A stretch of 64,000 bases of DNA from Somniosus microcephalus. Its lineage: Eukaryota. Both the position numbers and the translations under genes were made by a program. Below the pieces are notes generated by a model. That model ran no database searches, had not been told where the DNA came from, and was given only the letters and a program-made list of their open reading frames with translations. Positions within the stretch are counted from its first letter, which is position 1. Each line of letters opens with the position of its first letter. Location: the NCBI GenBank assembly GCA_052327205.1, contig CM126210.1, positions 197,842,001-197,906,000 on the forward strand, read 5' to 3'. Shown here one piece after another: positions 48,981-63,079 of this stretch.

Positions 48981-51207
48981 ATCGTATTCCTTCTCGAAGT
49001 CCTGTGGCGTTAGTAAATTTGTTCATTTTTTTAAAATGAGGAAAATAAAACTGTTACCCCCTAAATCAAGCCAGAAGAAATTCAGTTGCTGGCCAAGAAG
49101 GTCACCAGTTTAAGCTCCATTCCTGAGTGACGTTTGACTTTTTCTCCTCTCAAGATGAATTGCCAACCAGGCTCCATGATTTAGGGAACCCCCAGAAATG
49201 AATATCCCAGATGGGCATGAAAGCAATGTACAAATCCATAGATTGCCAGACCTGAACCCTAACCATGACTAATGTTCACACTCAGGTTTAGCCCAGATGG
49301 TGAGGTGTTGATCTTGCTTTTGCTATTGAACATTACACCAAATAATTCAGAGATGCCTACATGATCAAAGGGAGGGAAATTGCCTGGCATTCAACCTTTA
49401 GTTGCACTTCAACCTGTAGTGTACAGGCTGACTACAGAACAACATTCATTTTCACAGTCACCCAGATCAATGCGCAACTTCCAAGAGAATGCAAATAAAA
49501 AGGATAATTTGAAGAGCGCAGTCTTCAGTTGATGATGGAGCAGCATTGAAGGTGATTGGCATGTCACAGTCCTTCTCACCCCCACCTTAAGGAGAAACTG
49601 TGATAATAAGGCATCATTTGCTGAGGTGTTTACAAAGGGAGGCAAATATAATTCTGCTGAGTATTCCAGGTATTCGTATCATATTTACTTAACTCCCCAT
49701 GCTGCAGTTATAGATAGTCAAAGTTTGGGTTCTAAACATTTGGTAGATTTATAATACAACAGAAGAGGTGGTGTTAGTTCAAATTATGCATAAAAAGCCT
49801 TAATTAAGTATTCCAATATGGTAGTCTGATTATTGATAGTTTCAACAACATCACTGTTCTGTATTATAAGACATGTTGTGCAAACTCTGGACGAAGACCT
49901 CCCAAGATAATCAGTAACAGTAATAACAAGATTGTCTTGTACTTGTGATGGAAGTTGTTAAACATTTGACTGTCAGTCTGAAGTACAGCTTCATAAGTGC
50001 AATAAAATACTACATGTTTATGCAGTGCTTTGTTTTACTTTCCATAGTCTCAGTGTATATTCAATGTAAAAACTGAGATAATTAACAGGTTTTGATTAAA
50101 ATAAACCACCAATTGCCTATCAACATTAATAATTACAGTGTACAATGTAAACATGAGAGTGGAGGCAGCTACTGCACAGAACATCTATGAAGACATTTCT
50201 TGTTATTTAAGTGCAGTAAGTTTGAGATGTGACAATTGAAGTGCATATATTAACTGTGTTTCAAAGCTATGCTTTCAAGGTGAAATGAAGTCCTAATCTT
50301 GATGACTGGATGTATCATTATACTGAGTTAATTATGACTGATAATGCATGTATTTAATATTAGTTTAAGTACATTCATAAACAGGAAAACACAGTTAATG
50401 GAACTAAGCTTGATATGCCAGAAGCAGACCAAGTATTTTTTATGTATGTGTGTGTGTGTGATTGCATTTGTAAAAATGTTAATATTCCTGTGCTGTCTGT
50501 TGCTGTACTAACTTCAAAGTACCCTGTACATGCTCTGGTGCATAACGAAGAAGGGGTTGAGGCTGAATGGAACCATGTGTAAAAACTTCTCTGCTAATCG
50601 GAACCGTCCTCTTTTGTCTATTTGTAGTCTGACTTTGATAGTTGTAGTGAAATGATCAGGTTTGTGGCTGAGTTTGGATAGTTTCCTAATTGGGATTCAA
50701 GTCTCAATTATGTATGGTTTGACACATGTTAATGTTGGCTGATCATTTTTGTTTCTTGGAGATGGGGGGAGGGAGGTGCTGTGTTGATGACATTCTAATA
50801 ATTTTTACATTTCGAAATCCAATTATTTCAGTGGATTTAAAAACTATTTTCCCAGGTAAATTAGGAAGATTTTCTAGTGGGACTGTTTTGTCTAATTTGT
50901 ATGTTAACCACATAACTTTGACTCATGTTATTATGGAGTTTCTCCTCCCTCCCTCTGAGTCCTGGCTCACACTGTGACACGGTTGCATGGATGTCAACAA
51001 GCCTTACCCAAGAGGCCATTCTTCATGTGTAACCCTAAATAGTCATGTCAGCAGGATATTCGACCATAAAGAGCGTCACAGATAAGTTCAGTCCTGTACT
51101 TAACTGATAATCACACCCACATACATTCCAACATAATCACTGACTCAGAAACAGAACCAGAAACATCCATCCCACCCCTGGTCAAGGCTGCTGAGGCCAA
51201 TTTCAGT

Positions 51208-52690
51208 TTTTTATTTTATTCGTTCATGGGATGTGGGCGTCGCTAGCAAGGCCAGCATTTATTGCCCATTCCTAATTGCCCTTGAGAAGATGGTGGTGAG
51301 CCACCTTCTTGAACAGCTACAGTCCGTGTGGTGAAGGTACTCCCACAGTGCTGTTAGGGAGGGAGTTCCAGGATTTTGACTCAGCGACAATGAAGGAACG
51401 GTGATATATTTCCAAGTCAGGATGGTGTGTGACTTGGAGGGATACTTGAAGGCGATGGTGTTCCCATGCACCTGCTGCCCTTGTCCTTCTAGGTGGAAGA
51501 GGTCACGGGTTTGGGAGGCACTGTCGAAGAAGCCTTGGCAATTTTCTGTAGTGCATCTTGTAGATGGTACACACTGCAGCCACGGTACGCCGGTGGTGGA
51601 GGGACTGAATGTTTAAGGTGGTGGATGGGGTGCCAATCAAGCGTGCTGCTTTGTCCTCAATGGTGTCGAGCTTCTTAAGTATTGTTGGAGCTGCACTCAT
51701 CCAGGCAAGTGGAGAGTATTCCATGAAATAAATACTGTGGCAATAAGAGCAGGTCAGGGACTGGGTATTCTGTGGCAAGTGTCTCATCTCCTGACTTCCC
51801 AAAGCCTTTCCACCATCTACAGGAGTGTGATGGTATACTCTCCACTTGCCTAGATGAGTGCCACACCAACAACACTCAAGCTCAACCCCATCCAGGACAA
51901 AGCAGCCCGCTTGATTGGCACCCCATCCACCACCTTAAACATTCACTCCTTCCACCATCGGCGTACCATGGCTGCAGTGTGTACCATCTACAAATGCACT
52001 ACAGCAACTCACACGGCTTCTTCGGCAGCACCTCCCAAGCCCACAAACTGTACCATGTAGAAGGACAAGGGCAAAAGGCGCATGGGAACTCCACCACTTG
52101 TAAGTTCCCCTCCAAGTCACACACTATCCTGACTTGGAAATATATCACCATACCTTCATTGTCCCTAACAGCACTGTGGGAGTACCTTCACCACACGGAC
52201 TGCAGTGGTTCAAGAAGGTGGCTCACCACCATCTTCTCAAGGGCAATTAGGGATGGGCAATAAATGCTGGCCTTGCCAGCGACTCCCACATCCAAGGAAA
52301 GAAAATAAATCACACTCCTTACTTGTGCTTTGTAGATGGTAGAAAGACTTTGGGGAGTCAGGAGGTGAGTCACTTGCCGCAGAATACCCAGCCTCTGACC
52401 TGCTCTTGAGGACACAGTATTTATATGGCTGGTCCAGTTAAGTTTCTGGTCAGTGGTGACCCCCCCCCCCCCAAGGATGTTGATGGGAGATGTTTAGACT
52501 CTCTTTTGTTGGAGATAGTCATTGCCAGGCAATTGTGTGGCATGAATGTAACTTGCCACTTATCAGCCCAAGCCTGAATGTTGTCCAGGTCTTGCTGCAT
52601 GTGGGCATGGACTGCTTCATTCTCTGAGGAGTTGCGAATGGAACTGAACACTGTGCAGTCATCAGCAAACACACCCACTTCTGACCTTTC
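51208..52690 (-). mobile_element. LINE family B fragment containing an opposite-orientation copy of the same family (51725-52308, + strand)
   Basis: The outer copy rejoins at GAGTATTCCAT|CACACTCCTTAC as at about 21580-21600. The inner copy has its own 3' tail. Confidence 0.9.
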
Positions 52691-52844
52691 ACTAGAGCTT
52701 CAGCTGAGTTTAGGTAACTCTGCACTAACCAGGGACCTTAGTGATCCGAATGGTTCATTATCAAATCAGGAATTGCATGTATCCACTAGTGGAGCTTCAA
52801 GATGTTCTTTCACTCATTGGTACATGAGTACCAATTCCCACCCA

Positions 52845-53490
52845 TAGCTTAGTGCACAAAACCACCTCCTGCTGTGTTGCTGAGTCATAGGACCAGAAAG
52901 GTCCATATTTAATCTCTGGTCTATACTGAGCTAGTTGTTCTCAGCTAGGACAGTAGTTCTGGGACCACTGCTTACTAAGAATGGCAAAATATCCAGGGCT
53001 CCCACTCCTGATAATTAGCCAGTGATCCCTGATGGAAAGTCTACATGTACGGGTATCAGCAAACGGCATTCCATATTTGCACTCATTTTTTCCATGGGTA
53101 AACAGCCTACTGATGTTCCCCTGATGGTCCAATTTGTAAGGACAGTATTTGCTTGACTAGACTGATGAAAAGGTCCATGTTCAGTTTCCACTCTGCTTTG
53201 GTAGCTGATATCAGCTGAGGTGGCAGGGTCGGGCAACAAATGATTTCATTGGCCGAGGGTAAGACAAGGAAAATCAGCCAGTTGTCTCACTACTGAAGGC
53301 TATTCCATGATCCCTGGTGCAAAGTGTGGACAACAGATTAGAAAAGAATAAGGCTTGACTGTGATTTCTGTTGCAAACAACCTGCCAAGACACACACGTG
53401 TGAAGAATAGCTATTTAGGCAAAGTACTGGATGGATGCAGTATCATATTCCAACATAAGTCAATACCTTTAGGAGAGAATGGGATAAGAG
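52845..53490 (+). mobile_element. Two tandem SINE-like family B copies
   Basis: Core motifs repeated at about 52900-53040 and 53170-53480. Confidence 0.6.
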
Positions 53491-53739
53491 AGTTGGCCAA
53501 AATAATAATAAACCTGCTGATGTTGACTGTTTAGACTCCGACCTGAAGAACAGCTACTTTGGTGAGCTATTGGAAGGCTACTGACATCTGTGGAACTATA
53601 CCCCAACAAGTATTGGTGCCTTCAGGAGAGGAGGGGATAAAAACTGAGATGGTCTTGCTGGTGGAATTTAAAAGCAAAGTCAAGTTCTCACAGGCACACA
53701 TTGGCCTAATTGTGAAATATTTGTATGAACTGCACATGT

Positions 53740-53850
53740 TCGAGATCTAAAAAATAAAACATGTTAGAAATACACAGCAAGTCAGTCAACATCTGTAAAG
53801 AGGGAAGATGGGTTATGACATTTCAGGCGTGTACCCTTCATCAGAATTTT
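53740..53850 (-). mobile_element. Penelope-like terminal fragment with hammerhead-like core
   Basis: Reverse complement reads CTGATGA-A-GGGT ACAC GCCT-GAAA-TGTC. Confidence 0.6.
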
Positions 53851-54039
53851 TTCTGTTTATTTTTTTAAAAATTGTGTGGGGAGAATTTTTTCTTAATTGA
53901 TGTTTGCCACTATCAAGCCAAATATTTCTTTGCTATATGAGAACATCTTATACTGAATGAAAGGATATGGAAAGTGTTTTTTCCAAGAGCAGATATTTTT
54001 GAGGGGGAATGGTTGAAGTTAAATATTGCAGTGTAGAAT

Positions 54040-56657
54040 GTATTTAGAAAGGGTATTGAAGGGGAGGTGGGGTAGCTAATTAGCAATAACATAAAGGCAG
54101 TAGAAAAAAGGGACATAACTAACATTAAGGTAGAAACAGAATCCATATGGATTGAGATAAAGGATAAGAAGTGACTGATCACGCTAATAGGCGTATTCTA
54201 CCGACCACCTAATAGTTGGAGGAAGAAATGAGTAAAAGACATAGAATAATACTCATGGGAGATTTCAACTACCCCCAAATAAACTGACAAGACATGGTAG
54301 TGAAAGGGGAAAAGGGACTGGAGTTTTCACAGTGTGTACAGGACTCCTTTCTTACCCAGTACATAAGAAGCCCAACAAGCAAGGAATCACTGCTGGATCT
54401 AGTAATGGGAAATGAACCAGAGCAAATAAGAGAAGTAAATGTAGGGGAACATCACAACATCATAAAGCTTAAAATAATGATTGAGAAAGACATAAGTAAA
54501 ACAAAGACCAAAGTAATAGATTGGATAAAGGGTAATTTTGAGGGAATGAGGGTGGAACTAGGGAAGATAAACTGGAAAAAAATACTGACATAAAAAAGAT
54601 AAAACAGTGGGAAATATTTAAAAAGGTAATTGAGAGAGTTCAGGAGAAATACGTTCCACTGACAGAACATGAACAAACTAGCCAATAATTAAACGCCATG
54701 GGTAAAAGAAGAGATAAAGACAAAATTGAAACTAAACAAGAAGGCATACACTAATTAAATAGACCACAAAGAAGGGGATAACAAAAGGGAATATGAAGAG
54801 CTTAGGAAAGAAGTCAAATAATTAGGAAAGCAAAGAGGTACTATGACATTAAGTTATCAAGAAATATAAAAATAAATAAAGTATTCTACAGACACATAAA
54901 TAACAAAAGGAAAATCAGGATAAGGATAGGGCCAATAAGGGATGCACAAGATAAACTCACAGGTAATGACAGTGAAATGACAGAAATATTGAATACCTGT
55001 AATTACTTTGCGGCAGTGTTTATCAGGGAAAAAAATGGGGTGGACATGACATTAGAAGAGGAGTTTTAAAAACGGATATCAAGACTTTTAAGATAGAAAG
55101 GGTGAGATAATCAACTAATCAAACTTAGAGGATAAAACCGCTGGGTTAGAGAAGCTAGGGAAGAGATAGTAGAGGCACTATTATATATTTATAAAAATAC
55201 ATTAGAAAATGGTATAGTGCCAGAGGACTGGAGGACAGCTAATGTTATTCCTATATTTAAAAAGGGAGATAGAACATGTCCAGAGAACTATAGACCAGTT
55301 AGCTTAATGTCGGTGATAGAAAAGATAATGGAATTTTACTCAAAGATGTAATAAAGGCATCTAGAAACTGAAAATACATTAAAGAATAGTCAACATGGAT
55401 TTCAAAAGGGAAGGTCATGCTTGACCAACCTTACTGAGTTCTTTGAAGAAGTAACAAAGAGTAGACAATGGTAATGTACTGGATGTAATGTACTTGGATT
55501 TTCAAAAGGCCTTCAATAAGGCACCACATAGTAGACTCATGGCTAAAGTCAGATTATGTGGAGCCAGGGGACAAGTAGCAGACTGGATAGCTAGCTGGGT
55601 ACAAAACGGAAAACAGAGAGTAGGGGTTAAAGGTAGTTACTCAGACTGGTGGAAGGTGGGAAATGGTGTTCCACAGGGATCGATGCTGGGACCACTGCTG
55701 TTCACTATTTATATATAAACGATTTGGACTCCGGAATTGGAAGTACAATTTCTCAATTTATGGATGACACCAAATTGGGGGTCTAGTTAATACTGAGGAA
55801 GACTGCGACAAATTACAAGAAGACATTAATACACTTCCAGAAAATGGCAAATTAATTTTAATATATATAAGTGTGAGATGCTGCATTTTTGTAGGAAGAA
55901 TAAGGAGGCCACATAAACCTTGGAAAATAAGAGCCTAAATGGAGTAGAGGAGCAAAGGAATCTATGCGTACACATTCACAAATCATTAAAAGTAGCAACG
56001 CAGGTTAATAGGGCCAAAATACAAACTAAGCACTGGGGTTCATTTCTAGAGGAATAGAATTGAAAAGCAGAGAAGTTATGTTAAATTTTTAGAACCTTGG
56101 TTAGATCACACTGCAACTGTGTTACAGTTCTGGTCACCGTATTACAAAACGGATATATAAGCACTGGAGAAGGTGCAAAAAAGATTTACAAAGATGATAC
56201 CAGGACTGAGGGGTTATAACTATCGGGAGAGACTGAATAGGCTGGGGCTCTTTTCTCTAGAAAAGAGAAAACTGAGGGGTGCCCTAATGGAGGACTTTAA
56301 GATTATGAAGGGGTTTGACAGGGTAGATGTAGAGAAGATGTTGCCACTTGTGGGCGAGTCCAAAACTAGGGGTCATAAATATAAGATAATCACTAATAAA
56401 TCGAATAAAGAATTCAGGAGAAACTTCTTTACCCAGAGAGTGGTTAGAATGTGGAACTGGCTACCACAAGGAGTAGTTGAGGTGAATAGCATAGATGCAT
56501 TTAAGAGGAAGCTGGACAAGTACATGAGGGAGAAAGGATTAGAGGGATATGCAGATGAGGTTAGATGAAGTAGGGTGGGCGGAGGCTCGTGTGCAGCATA
56601 AACACCGGCATAGACCAATTGGGTCAAATGGCCTGTTTCTGTGCTGTTACTTCTATG
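54040..56657 (+). mobile_element. 5'-truncated, decayed CR1 LINE (APE-RT remnants)
   Basis: MGDFNYP, YLDFQKAF, GVPQGSMLGP, FMDD, WNWLP; many stops and frameshifts. Confidence 0.92.
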
Positions 56658-57249
56658 TACGAAACGGGAATGTTTTTCATTGGCTCAAATGTCACAGGTA
56701 CACATTAGCAAAGCACTACAGGTTTTTACTGTAACATGGGCTCTATAAAAAAAAGTATTATATTAAAATAATAGATGATCTTGTTTTAATCTAAATCTTT
56801 TGAATGAGGATTATTAAACTGCTGTTTGTTGTCAGTGTCAAGGTTACCTGTCGTAACATTTCATCATAGAAATGAATAATGATCATTAGTTGATGTACAG
56901 TTTGTTATGAATGTTTTGAGATTATTCAGGGAAACCAATTACTTTTATTTCTGCTTCACATTGTTACTGTTCATTTTTGCACCACTTAATATTCTCTGCA
57001 TCTCATGAAAATTAATTTTTTAACGGGCACACAGCATAATAGTGCACTACATCAGAGTGCAAATACATGGAGCCCAAGAGTGACGGGTTTAATTTGCACC
57101 ACATCATTGAGTTCCTGATTTTGGCTGCATCACTGTGTTGAGGTAGAAAGCAGAAGCCAGATTCTTTTACACAAAGAGGAAAGATTGGAAGGAGAGACAT
57201 TCACCAGCTGCTCTTGCACACCTCTTATCAGCTAACTCGGAGTGGAATT

Positions 57250-57385
57250 GGCAGAGTTCTGACAAAGGGTCTACATCTGAAAAGTTAACTTATCTGTTTG
57301 CTCCACAGATGCTGGCTGACCTGCTGAGTGTTTACAGAATTTTCTGTTTCTGTTTCAGATTTGCAGCATCTGCAGTTTTTTGTTC
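57250..57385 (+). mobile_element. Penelope-like terminal fragment with degenerate hammerhead-like core
   Basis: CAGAGTT-CTGACAA-AGGGT CTAC ATCT-GAAA-AGTT-AACT. Confidence 0.6.
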
Positions 57386-57719
57386 CAACGCCTCTGTACA
57401 AAGAAATTCTCCTAACCTTTCTAGTCACTTTTTTGCAACAATTTTAATTTCATGGCTCCTAATCGAGAGGAGATTGTCTCTCCTTATTCACTCCATCAAA
57501 ACCCTTCATCATCATTTTACAGACCTCTATTACATCTCCTCTTACCCTTCTCTGCTCTACTGGAAGTAGTCCCAAGTCTCTCCTCATAACTATGCTTTCC
57601 ATCCCTGGCAATATCCTGGTAATTGACACTGTACACTTTCTATGACTTTAATGTCCTTTCTATAACAGGGCACTCAAAATTGCACACCTTACAGTAACTA
57701 TGGCAGGCTACTGCTTCAA

Positions 57720-57738
57720 GTGTCAGCCTTGGTTCAGT

Positions 57739-57771
<33 letters not shown>

Positions 57772-58082
57772 CGGGTCAAGCTCCACTTCAGGGACTTGAG
57801 CACATAATCTAAGCTGACACTACGGAGGGTGTGCTGCACTGTTGGAGGTACCATCTTTCAGATAAGATGTTAAACCGAGGTCCTGTCCCCCCTCCCAGGT
57901 GTATGTAAAAGATCCAATGGTATTGGTCAAAGAAGAACAGGTATCCTGGCCAACATTTATCCGTCAACAGATTATCTGGTCATTTATCTCATCACTCTTT
58001 GTGGGACCTTGCTGTGCACAAATTGCTGCTGTGCTTGCCTACAATACAACAGTGACTACACTTCTAAAGTACTTCAATGGCT
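57720..58082 (+). mobile_element. DeuSINE lacking its tail, fused to an L2 fragment
   Basis: Head and Deu domain colinear with other copies. Confidence 0.85.
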
Positions 58083-58084
58083 AC

Positions 58085-58750
58085 GTACCCTTGCCACTGA
58101 TTCCATTCCCCATTCCAGCCACAGTCTCAGGCTGAACAAGACTGTTCACAATCTCACCGTCCTATTTAACCCTGAGCTGAGTTTCCGACCCTATAACCTC
58201 TCCATCACAAACACTGCCTATTTCCACCTCGGTAATGTTGCCTGTTTTTGCCCCAGCCTCAATCCATCTGCAGCTGAAACTCTCATCCATGCCTTTGTTA
58301 ACTCCAGATTAAACTCTTCCAATGCTCTCCATCAGACTCCCACCCTCTACCCTCCATAAACATCAGCTCATCCATAGTCTATCCTGCACCAGGTTCCATT
58401 CAGCCATCACCCCTTTCCCCACTGACTTACATTGACTCCAGATCCTCCAATTTAAAATTCTCATCCTTCTCTTTAAATCCCTTCAAGGCTTTGCCCCTCC
58501 TTATCTCTGTAACCTTCTCCAACTCTATAATTTCCTCAACACAAACTCCCCATTACTATGACTCTGGCTTGTTGTGTGCCCATGCCCTTTCACCTTTCTA
58601 TTGGCAGCTGTGCCATCAGCCACCTAAGTACCATGCTTAGAAATTCCTTCTCTAATCTCCTCTGCCTCTCCACTTCCCCCTCTTCCTTTAAAACCCTCCT
58701 TTGACCAAGGTTTTGGTCACCTCTAATATCTCCTCCTTTGGCTCCACATT
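58085..58750 (+). mobile_element. L2 LINE 3' fragment
   Basis: NTAYFHLGNVA..AAETLIHAFVNSRL. Confidence 0.85.
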
Positions 58751-59487
58751 CATTCTAAACATTCTATATACTTTCAAAGTTTCAAGCTGACAAGAGAGAG
58801 ACAATCTTCATCCTAATTTGTAAGAAAAAATTGAATTTTGAAAGCTTCTCCAGTTCACTGAAAGATTCTGATTCTAATTACCTGCATTTTGTTAATGATT
58901 AGAAAATGTAAACATCCTGATTAGTAATACCTGCTCGAGAGACACAAATAGAGGCAAAAACAGACACACATCCAGAAGCCAGTCAGAAAACACTCAATTC
59001 AATATTTGCAAAGATCTCTTGGAACCCTACAAATCATTGCTTCTGTCCCCAGGTCCGCGTCCCCCACCCCCTTCTCTTGCTATTAACAGACACCAGTGAG
59101 CCAAACCCCAAATTTTAGCTCCCAGTTCCGCCATCACCTAACTTCTCCATCTGATACCAGACGAAAGGATTCAACCCTCCTCATACAGCCAATCTCCACC
59201 CCCACCACAGTATTGTCAAACTCTAGTCTCCCCACTTTCATTCTGCCAAACCACAAGGCCAACCCCTGGTGCTTAAAAAAAAAAAAAAGCCCACAATCAT
59301 TCCCATTGCTACCAAAGCCCAGGACTGCCCCTTAGTGCAGCTAAACCTTGCCTCCGTCTCCTGTACTGCTAGCTACCAGATACCTACTTCCAACAAATAC
59401 ATCTTGCACACCATCTTGTTGAGTATCCTCTGCTTTAAAAATGGTATGGGATAAAAATTAATAAATATATATATATATTTTAAAAAA

Positions 59488-59956
59488 GAGAGACTTGGAT
59501 TTATATCGCGCCTTTCACAACCACCGGACATCCCAAAGCGCTTTACATCCAATTAAGTACTTTTTGAAGTGGAGTCACTGATGTAATGTAGGAAACGCAG
59601 CAGCCAATTTGTGCACAGCAAGCTCCCACAAACAGCAATGTGATAATAACCAGGTAATCTGTTTTAGTGATGTTAATTGAGGGATAAATATTGGCCAGGA
59701 CAATGGGGACAACCCCCCTGATCATCATCGAAATAGTGCCATGGGATTTTTTACGTCCACCTGAGAGAGCAGACGTGGCTTCAGTTTAACGTCTCATCCG
59801 AAAGACAGCACCTCCGACAGTGCAGCACTCCCTCAGTACAGTACTGCACTGGAGTGTCGACCTAGATTTTTGTGCTCAAGTCAATGGAGTGGGACTTGAA
59901 CTCCCAACCTTCTGACTCAAAGGCGAGGGTGCTACCAACTGAGCCACAGCTGACGC
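59488..59956 (-). mobile_element. Full-length DeuSINE (SacSINE1-like)
   Basis: tRNA-like A/B boxes (TGGCTCAGTTGG, GTTCAAGTCC), Deu core, GTGAAAGGCGCGATATAAAT tail. Confidence 0.9.
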
Positions 59957-62689
59957 TAAAGACCACTGATTTTCAGTTTTCACAGAATAAGGAACAGAGC
60001 CATGGAAATCAATCTCCAAAGCACCAGTAAAAACTCCAGAATACCATGTAGTACAGGATTTGACTTAATCAGTCACCATAAATCAGTGGCTCTGATATGA
60101 AACCTTATATGGCATAAACACCTTTATATGAATATAAAATAGCATATCTTCTGACTCGCTGTGAGCAATGCCACAAGAGACCTGCTTGTGTGTGCATTTT
60201 GGTAACTACAAGCAAATGTATTTAATATTATAATCTTACATTTAGCACATATCCTCCACACTTCACACACCAAAATGTGTTACTCAATGTGAAACAATCT
60301 TTACAAAGAGAAAGAAAACTAGGTGTTTCATCCTGGACCCTTAAATTTACAAGCTTTATTGACCTCTAATTGACCCGAGGAATTTACAAGCACCTATAAT
60401 TACCTGGATTCCCACTGGGAGTCCTTATGCCATTGCCTTGATGGGACAGGCCAGGTTAGCAGTTAAATCCCTGCCATGCTCCAGGGCCCAGACTACCTGC
60501 AAACAATCCCACTGGAGCCCTGGTGGACATTGTTCTGTGTAAGTGTTGATTTCACCAGGATAGTTATGTTGTTTGTGTGTATGATGTGTGTATAAATGTA
60601 TCGTGCACACAAACAACATATAACATACAAATACACAGCCATGACAAGAGTGTGTGTAATTAGTGTTTAGGAAGTGCTCTTTGTGCACTCCATTGTGAAC
60701 TGGGACAGCAATGGAATCTAGAAGACCATGTGATGGCTGGGTAGCTGGAGTCAATTAAGTATTACGTCCTAAATGAAGCATGATAAGTGAACTAAAAGTA
60801 ATTTATGAGGTGAACATCTTGAACTTGTGAACATTTTGTATATTTAAGTGGTGGCAACTGCTCAAAGATTTTGATTCCCTGCTGGAATATGCATGCATTG
60901 ATTGTTGTTAGTGGCTTAGTAAAGAAAATGCAAAGGCTTTGAAGGCCACAGTATTAAATTTTAACATAGAAAGACAATATTTGCTTTTATATAGTGCTCC
61001 ACCATACTGTCGGGGGGTCCCACGTGCTTCACAGTCAATGAATTGCTTTTTTGAAGTGTACCCACTTTTTATATAGGTAACATCTTCACTTTATTTGTTA
61101 CTGAATAGAAAGATATACCTACACCGCATGCCATTTCTTAATTGACAAGGAATGCATCCTGCTCTTAATTCTCTTCCAGTGCTGCTCTTAATCTGGCCAA
61201 TAGGAAGTCCCAAGAGCAGCTTGGAGTCATTCACTTTTTATTTAAATATATGACCGTCACCTCCTGCCTTATGGAGTAAACAGCACAGCTAGTATCTTCT
61301 CACCATCTCCTGTTGATGACTTGGCTAAAGGGTAGAGAATGTTTTGAAAGATCCGACCACTCTGTGGCACATTCTTGGTACACTGATCATCAATCCAGCC
61401 TTTCAGATTTGTTTTTCTTTGTGAGGTTTTGTTTTAAGACTTATCTAGTTTATCTGTGTGTTGCATAAATAAACTCTAACTGATGCCATAGGCTGCTATG
61501 ATGGACAGCCATTAGATTATCTCTAGTCGCCAAAGTCATTAGTGCTTTGATTTATCTTTATTTTATATCATCTATTTATTCTAACTTTTTTTCTTAATGT
61601 AGTACACCTAACTGACTTAATATAAGGCAATGTCTGATGCTTTCTTTTCATGTTTGAATCTGAATATATTTAGCACAAACCAAACAGTCCGTTTTCAAAG
61701 ACTGATATAATTGGCACCAGTGGTGTGATTACAGATGTTACAACCTATTTAGCTGCACCATTACTATGATTAACATAGTGAAGAACAATTTAGCACTGCT
61801 GATATAGTTATGGTTGGCACATTTGGTTGTTTTCATATGCACAGATTAGACAGTTTATATTGCTGGTGATACAGCTTGCAGGAAGAGTGCAACATTAGCA
61901 GAGTTGGCACAATTGGAACATTTTGTGCAGCATCAACAGATCGCAACTGCAATAGCAGCCACAGATAGGATATTTTTTATTATTAGGGATCTTAATATCT
62001 GTCTCCAGCAAATGATTGCCCTGATTTGGGATCCAACACCAGCAACATTGCTCATTTTATATCTAGCTCAGCTGGTGTCACCACATCGATGAGGTTGCAA
62101 GCAACGTGTATTAATCAGAGCTCCTTTTAAACTACCAATATGGAGTTACTGGCACTATTGGTATTAAAGTGATCACACAGAGGAGCAGGATACTTTTACA
62201 GAGGGCAGTCTGAACTCCGCATAAGTGAACAATATTTTGGTTTTCTAACTATGTTCATGAAATCCTGTTGCTTTAATTCTTTCTGTAGACTGAAAGCTCT
62301 TTTTTTTAATCTCCACCTGATTTGTTTCTCTCTCTTTCCAGGACATACCTCGTAATGGTAGGGTTGATTTTGAGCTAATTAGGACCATATGTGCCCTCAA
62401 CCTCTGTTTTCCCCATGGCCATAGTTCAACATCAGAGATCTGATTCTGGACATTTAAGCCCAACCCCCACTTTTCTCTGACTTTTAGCTCATGCATGTTT
62501 CATGCCCTAGATGATAAAAGTACATTTTCTTTAGACTCCTTTGTTGGTGTTAATTTACATTCGCTGTGTCATTGCATAGTCTGTATCATCCTTCTGCTAT
62601 TACTCTGTGTATTAAAGGATACATGCATATGCTTTTCTAAAGGTTGCATTGTATTCATTCCTTTCAAATCCTCCCACCACATATACACC

Positions 62690-63020
62690 CATTCTTTCCT
62701 GCTGTGCTGCCAGCCCTCCATGTTTCAGCCAAATGGCTATTCTTCATTGTGAGCCTAGACTGGCAAATGTTGGGAAGCTATTCAACTGCATGGGGTGTCA
62801 CAGTTGGTCTGGAGTATGTCCTTGCCACATGTCCGCACGTACGCATTTCCTAGGACAGATCACCGGATAGTGGTTAGAAGTGGGAGCTCTGATTTATTTT
62901 TCCTTCTTTAGCCAGTTGTAGTGTGACCACAGCCTTCCTATCCGAGACCGTCAAACTCAGTACGGGTCAGAGATCGAATCTGGAACCTTCCTGGTCTGTA
63001 TGACTCAGTGCCACATCATG
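62690..63020 (-). mobile_element. SINE-like family B
   Basis: Reverse complement of the shared core. Confidence 0.6.
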
Positions 63021-63079
63021 TGATGCATTTACCCAATATACCATTGGGAAGGTCCCCATTGAATTTTGTGCAATAGTGA

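Noticed and set aside
58905-58930. TGTAAACATCCT (miR-30-like 5' end)
   Set aside because: The 3' half does not match miR-30 and there is no precursor hairpin
59880-59956. tRNA-like sequences
   Set aside because: SINE heads continuous with SINE bodies, not tRNA genes
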